Positions 29,497 to 32,000 of a stretch of 32,000 nt of DNA are shown in pieces; the first letter of the stretch is position 1; every line of letters begins with the position of its first letter. Source of the stretch: Candidatus Electrothrix sp. GW3-4 (GTDB lineage: Bacteria; Desulfobacterota; Desulfobulbia; Desulfobulbales; Desulfobulbaceae). The stretch spans positions 870,001 to 902,000 of the forward strand of contig NZ_CP147990.1 of assembly GCF_037902255.1 (NCBI RefSeq). Reading direction: 5' to 3'. A program made the position numbers and the translations under genes. The notes under the pieces were generated by a model that was given only the letters and a program-made list of their open reading frames with translations, ran no database searches and had not been told where the DNA came from.

Positions 29497-31224
29497 GTGA
29501 ATAAACAAACCGACCGCGACAGCGACACCCTGCAATCCTACCATCAAGGCGAAAAAACCACAGACACCCCCCTGATCCGGGTCATGGCCCTGCATGCCCT
29601 GGCCTATTGCGAGCGCCTCTTTTACCTGGAGGAGGTGGAAGAGATCCGGGTGGCGGATGCCAATGTCTATGCGGGCCGCCGACTGCACGACAAGCTGGAC
29701 AAAGGACCGGATATCTATTCCCTGGAGCTGGCCAGCGACCGCCTGGGCATTCGGGGCAAGATCGACTGCACCAAACGGCAGTCCGGTGAACTGATCGTGT
29801 TTGAGCATAAAAAGGGCAAATCCCGCAAGGGCGAAGATGCCTGGCCCAGTGATCGACTCCAGGTCCTGGCCTACACCCTGCTGCTGGCCGAGCATACCGG
29901 CGAGGATATCAGCGAGGCCCGTATCCGCTATCATGCGGACAAAAAGACCATCCGGCTGGCCGTCTCCCTTGCCGATGCAGAAACCGAACTCCGGGCTGCG
30001 GTGCAGCGGGCTGAAGAATTGCGGCAGGCTGTGGAACGCCCGCCCGTGGCCGTACCGGAATATAAATGCCGCACCTGCTCTCTGGCTCCGGTCTGTCTGC
30101 CAGAGGAGGAACGCTTTGCCGGAACCGATAAGGACAAGGCCCGGCGTCTCTTTCCGGCAGATGACGAGCGCCGGATCATCCACTTGGTGGAACAAGGTAC
30201 CTCCCTGCGCAAGGATGGCGACCAAATCATCGCCTATCTGACCGACGGCACCAAAAAGCCGCTGCCCGGTCTGATGATCTCGGCCCTGGTCCTGCATGGC
30301 AATGTCCAGATCTCCACCCAGTGCATCCATTTCTGCGCTGCCCATAACATCGGGGTCCACTGGCTTTCCTACGGCGGCCATTATGTGGGGGCACTGAGTC
30401 CCGGTGCAGGTGGGGTACAGCGGCGGGTGCGCCAGTTTCAGGCCCTGCAGGACACGGATCTTCGGAATCGCCTCTGCTGCCGCCTGGTGCAGGCCAAGTT
30501 GGAAAATCAGCTGCGTTATCTCCTCCGGGCCACCCGGGATAAGACAAAAGACCTGCGTAATGAGGGGATGGAGGAGGGGCTTGAGCAGCTCCGCGCCTTG
30601 ATCAAGCGGGTGGCGCATGCGGCCGAGCAGCTGGCCACGCTGCCATCAGAGGAGGCTGGAGCACAGACTGAGCTGGTCCGGGGGTATGAAGGTCGGGCAG
30701 GTGCGATTTATTTCAGTCTGCTGCCGAACATCCTGCGCACCGAGCCGGATGATTTCCTCAGCTTTAGCGGTCGCAACCGCCGTCCTCCTAAAGACCCGTT
30801 CAACGCGCTGCTCTCCTTTGGCTATGCCCTGCTCTATCGTGATTGTATGAACAGCTTGCTGGCTGTAGGCCTTGACCCCTGCTTCGGTTTTATGCATACG
30901 CCGAGATCGGCGGCCTATCCGCTGGCCTTGGATCTGATGGACCTGTTTCGGCTTATTCTCTGGGATATGCCCCTGATCGGCTCGGTCAACCGGGGACAGT
31001 GGAACAAAGGGGATTTTGAGATCACCGGCAGACAGGTCTGGCTCAATAACGATGGTCGGAGAAAAGCCGTTGCCCTGTACGAGAACCGCAGGCAGGAGAA
31101 GTGGAAGCATCCGGTCCTGAAGTATTCCCTTTCCTATGCCCGTACCCTGGAACTGGAGGCCCGGCTTCTGGAGAAGGAGTGGGGCGCTACCCCTGGACTT
31201 TTTGCCGCATTGAGGGTACGCTGA
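29497..31224 (+). CDS. cas4/cas1: Cas4-Cas1 fusion protein
   Basis: GTG 29497 is preceded by AAGGAGG. The Cas4 part has LAYCERLFYLEE, RGKIDC...VFEHKKGK (RecB-type D..EHK) and the Cys cluster CRTCSLAPVC. The Cas1 part has YEGRAGAIYF, PPKDPFNALLSFGYALLY and GFMHTPRSAAYPLALDLMDLFR. Confidence 0.9.
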   Translation: MNKQTDRDSDTLQSYHQGEKTTDTPLIRVMALHALAYCERLFYLEEVEEIRVADANVYAGRRLHDKLDKGPDIYSLELASDRLGIRGKIDCTKRQSGELIVFEHKKGKSRKGEDAWPSDRLQVLAYTLLLAEHTGEDISEARIRYHADKKTIRLAVSLADAETELRAAVQRAEELRQAVERPPVAVPEYKCRTCSLAPVCLPEEERFAGTDKDKARRLFPADDERRIIHLVEQGTSLRKDGDQIIAYLTDGTKKPLPGLMISALVLHGNVQISTQCIHFCAAHNIGVHWLSYGGHYVGALSPGAGGVQRRVRQFQALQDTDLRNRLCCRLVQAKLENQLRYLLRATRDKTKDLRNEGMEEGLEQLRALIKRVAHAAEQLATLPSEEAGAQTELVRGYEGRAGAIYFSLLPNILRTEPDDFLSFSGRNRRPPKDPFNALLSFGYALLYRDCMNSLLAVGLDPCFGFMHTPRSAAYPLALDLMDLFRLILWDMPLIGSVNRGQWNKGDFEITGRQVWLNNDGRRKAVALYENRRQEKWKHPVLKYSLSYARTLELEARLLEKEWGATPGLFAALRVR

Positions 31225-31517
31225 TGGGCGCGGAAAAAAACTGGTATCTGGTCTGTTACGACATCCGTGAGCAGAAGCGCTGGCGCAGGGTGTTCAAGAA
31301 GCTCAAGGGTCGGGGAGACTGGCTGCAGTATTCCATTTTTCGGCTCCACCTGAGCAAGGCCCAGATGGAGGAACTGCGTTGGCAGATTGAAGGGATTCTT
31401 GCTGAAGAAGATGACCTGATGATCTTCCGGCTTTGCCACGGCTGCGCTCATCGGGTTGTGGACAGTAAAGAAGAGCATGAGTGGAAAAAGGCCCCGCCGT
31501 CCTTTGATATTCTTTGA
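31224..31517 (+). CDS. cas2: Cas2
   Basis: 97 aa starting at the ATG that overlaps the cas4/1 stop (TGATG). WYLVCYDI...LQYSIFRL is a typical Cas2 signature. Confidence 0.85.
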   Translation: MGAEKNWYLVCYDIREQKRWRRVFKKLKGRGDWLQYSIFRLHLSKAQMEELRWQIEGILAEEDDLMIFRLCHGCAHRVVDSKEEHEWKKAPPSFDIL

Positions 31518-31779
31518 GGGGCTGTTCGTCGTATCAGGTACCGCTTTGATGCGATGGGTGTTTTTTGAGGGGTTGTAGGTATCTTGTCGAAACAGCGTGC
31601 GAACGTGCCGTTTTGCTGCGGATGAGATGCTTGATTCTTGTTTTCTTTTGCAAAAAGAATAAACTGCACGAGGGAAAAGTCGACAGTATGGCAATGGATC
31701 AATTCTTTGTAATCCGGTTTCTGTCCGGCTTGATTTGTCCCGCTGTATCTCCCGCTACCAGCGGCCTGGAGCGGGGGCT
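31518..31779 (+). promoter_or_regulatory. CRISPR leader
   Basis: 262-bp non-coding stretch between cas2 and the first repeat, with an AT-rich core (31625-31700) and a GC hairpin abutting repeat 1. Confidence 0.6.
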
Positions 31780-32000
31780 GCGAACCTATCTTTGATGCCG
31801 TAAGGCGTTGAGCACAGAGCTAAAACGATACGGCATCACACCCCAAAATCGCGCGAACCTATCTTTGATGCCGTAAGGCGTTGAGCACGAAGTACACGGC
31901 AACATCTATCACCGAGCTGACGAGCGAACCTATCTTTGATGCCGTAAGGCGTTGAGCACTTGTTGGCATGATGTTATTCGGTGGGCCATCTGAGCGCGAA
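31780..32000 (+). CRISPR. CRISPR array with 36-nt repeat GCGAACCTATCTTTGATGCCGTAAGGCGTTGAGCAC. Three full repeats and the start of a fourth; truncated by the window edge.
   Basis: Identical repeats at 31780-31815, 31853-31888 and 31924-31959, with a partial repeat at 31996-32000. The spacers are unique and 37, 35 and 36 nt long. Confidence 0.95.

Noticed and set aside
28530-30618. Two long antisense ORFs (332 aa and 389 aa) across cas5, the REP element and cas4/1
   Set aside because: Both overlap strongly supported + strand cas genes. One reads through the REP element and gives the known artefact peptide GANPCVRPDLPGRHRGLPLQ.
31565-31795. 76-aa ORF in the CRISPR leader running into repeat 1
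   Set aside because: It has no ribosome-binding site, spans leader and repeat sequence, and has non-protein-like composition.

Overview
The window looks like a chromosomal segment from a Desulfobulbaceae-like, sulfate-reducer-type bacterium. That guess is low confidence and rests only on gene content: methylmalonyl-CoA pathway genes and a GTAGGGGC-type REP element.

The left two thirds is housekeeping and signalling. It contains an ABC-type solute-binding protein with a Cache-like sensor (partial at the edge), a secreted protein, an SDR oxidoreductase and two tandem PilT-family ATPases. These are followed by a trkH-pqiA pair, mnmG, and two tandem paralogous hybrid histidine kinases with an N-terminal CxxCH (c-type haem) sensor domain. 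The upstream kinase copy is broken by two frameshifts, each in a G7 tract. Next come a lipoprotein, a methylmalonyl-CoA epimerase plus carboxyltransferase operon, a Cys-rich lipoprotein, a C_GCAxxG_C_C protein and an AI-2E transporter.

The right third (23.1-32.0 kb) is a complete type I CRISPR-Cas locus of the MYXAN / I-B-like architecture. Its order is cas6(Cmx6-like)-cas3(N-terminal HD)-cas8-cas7-cas5-cas4/cas1 fusion-cas2-leader-array. The array has 36-nt repeats and runs off the window edge.

The points most worth follow-up are:
- a probable hidden Cas11 small subunit translated from inside the 3' end of cas8
- a REP-like double hairpin that splits the interference and adaptation genes
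- unusual leader features
- the poly-G-disrupted kinase paralog
- reciprocal His-box substitutions in the two PilT paralogs
- a small dispersed structured element
- a highly structured spacer after the carboxyltransferase gene

I did not recognise a clearly novel multi-gene system beyond these. All functional calls come from reading the translated ORFs by eye, not from searches.
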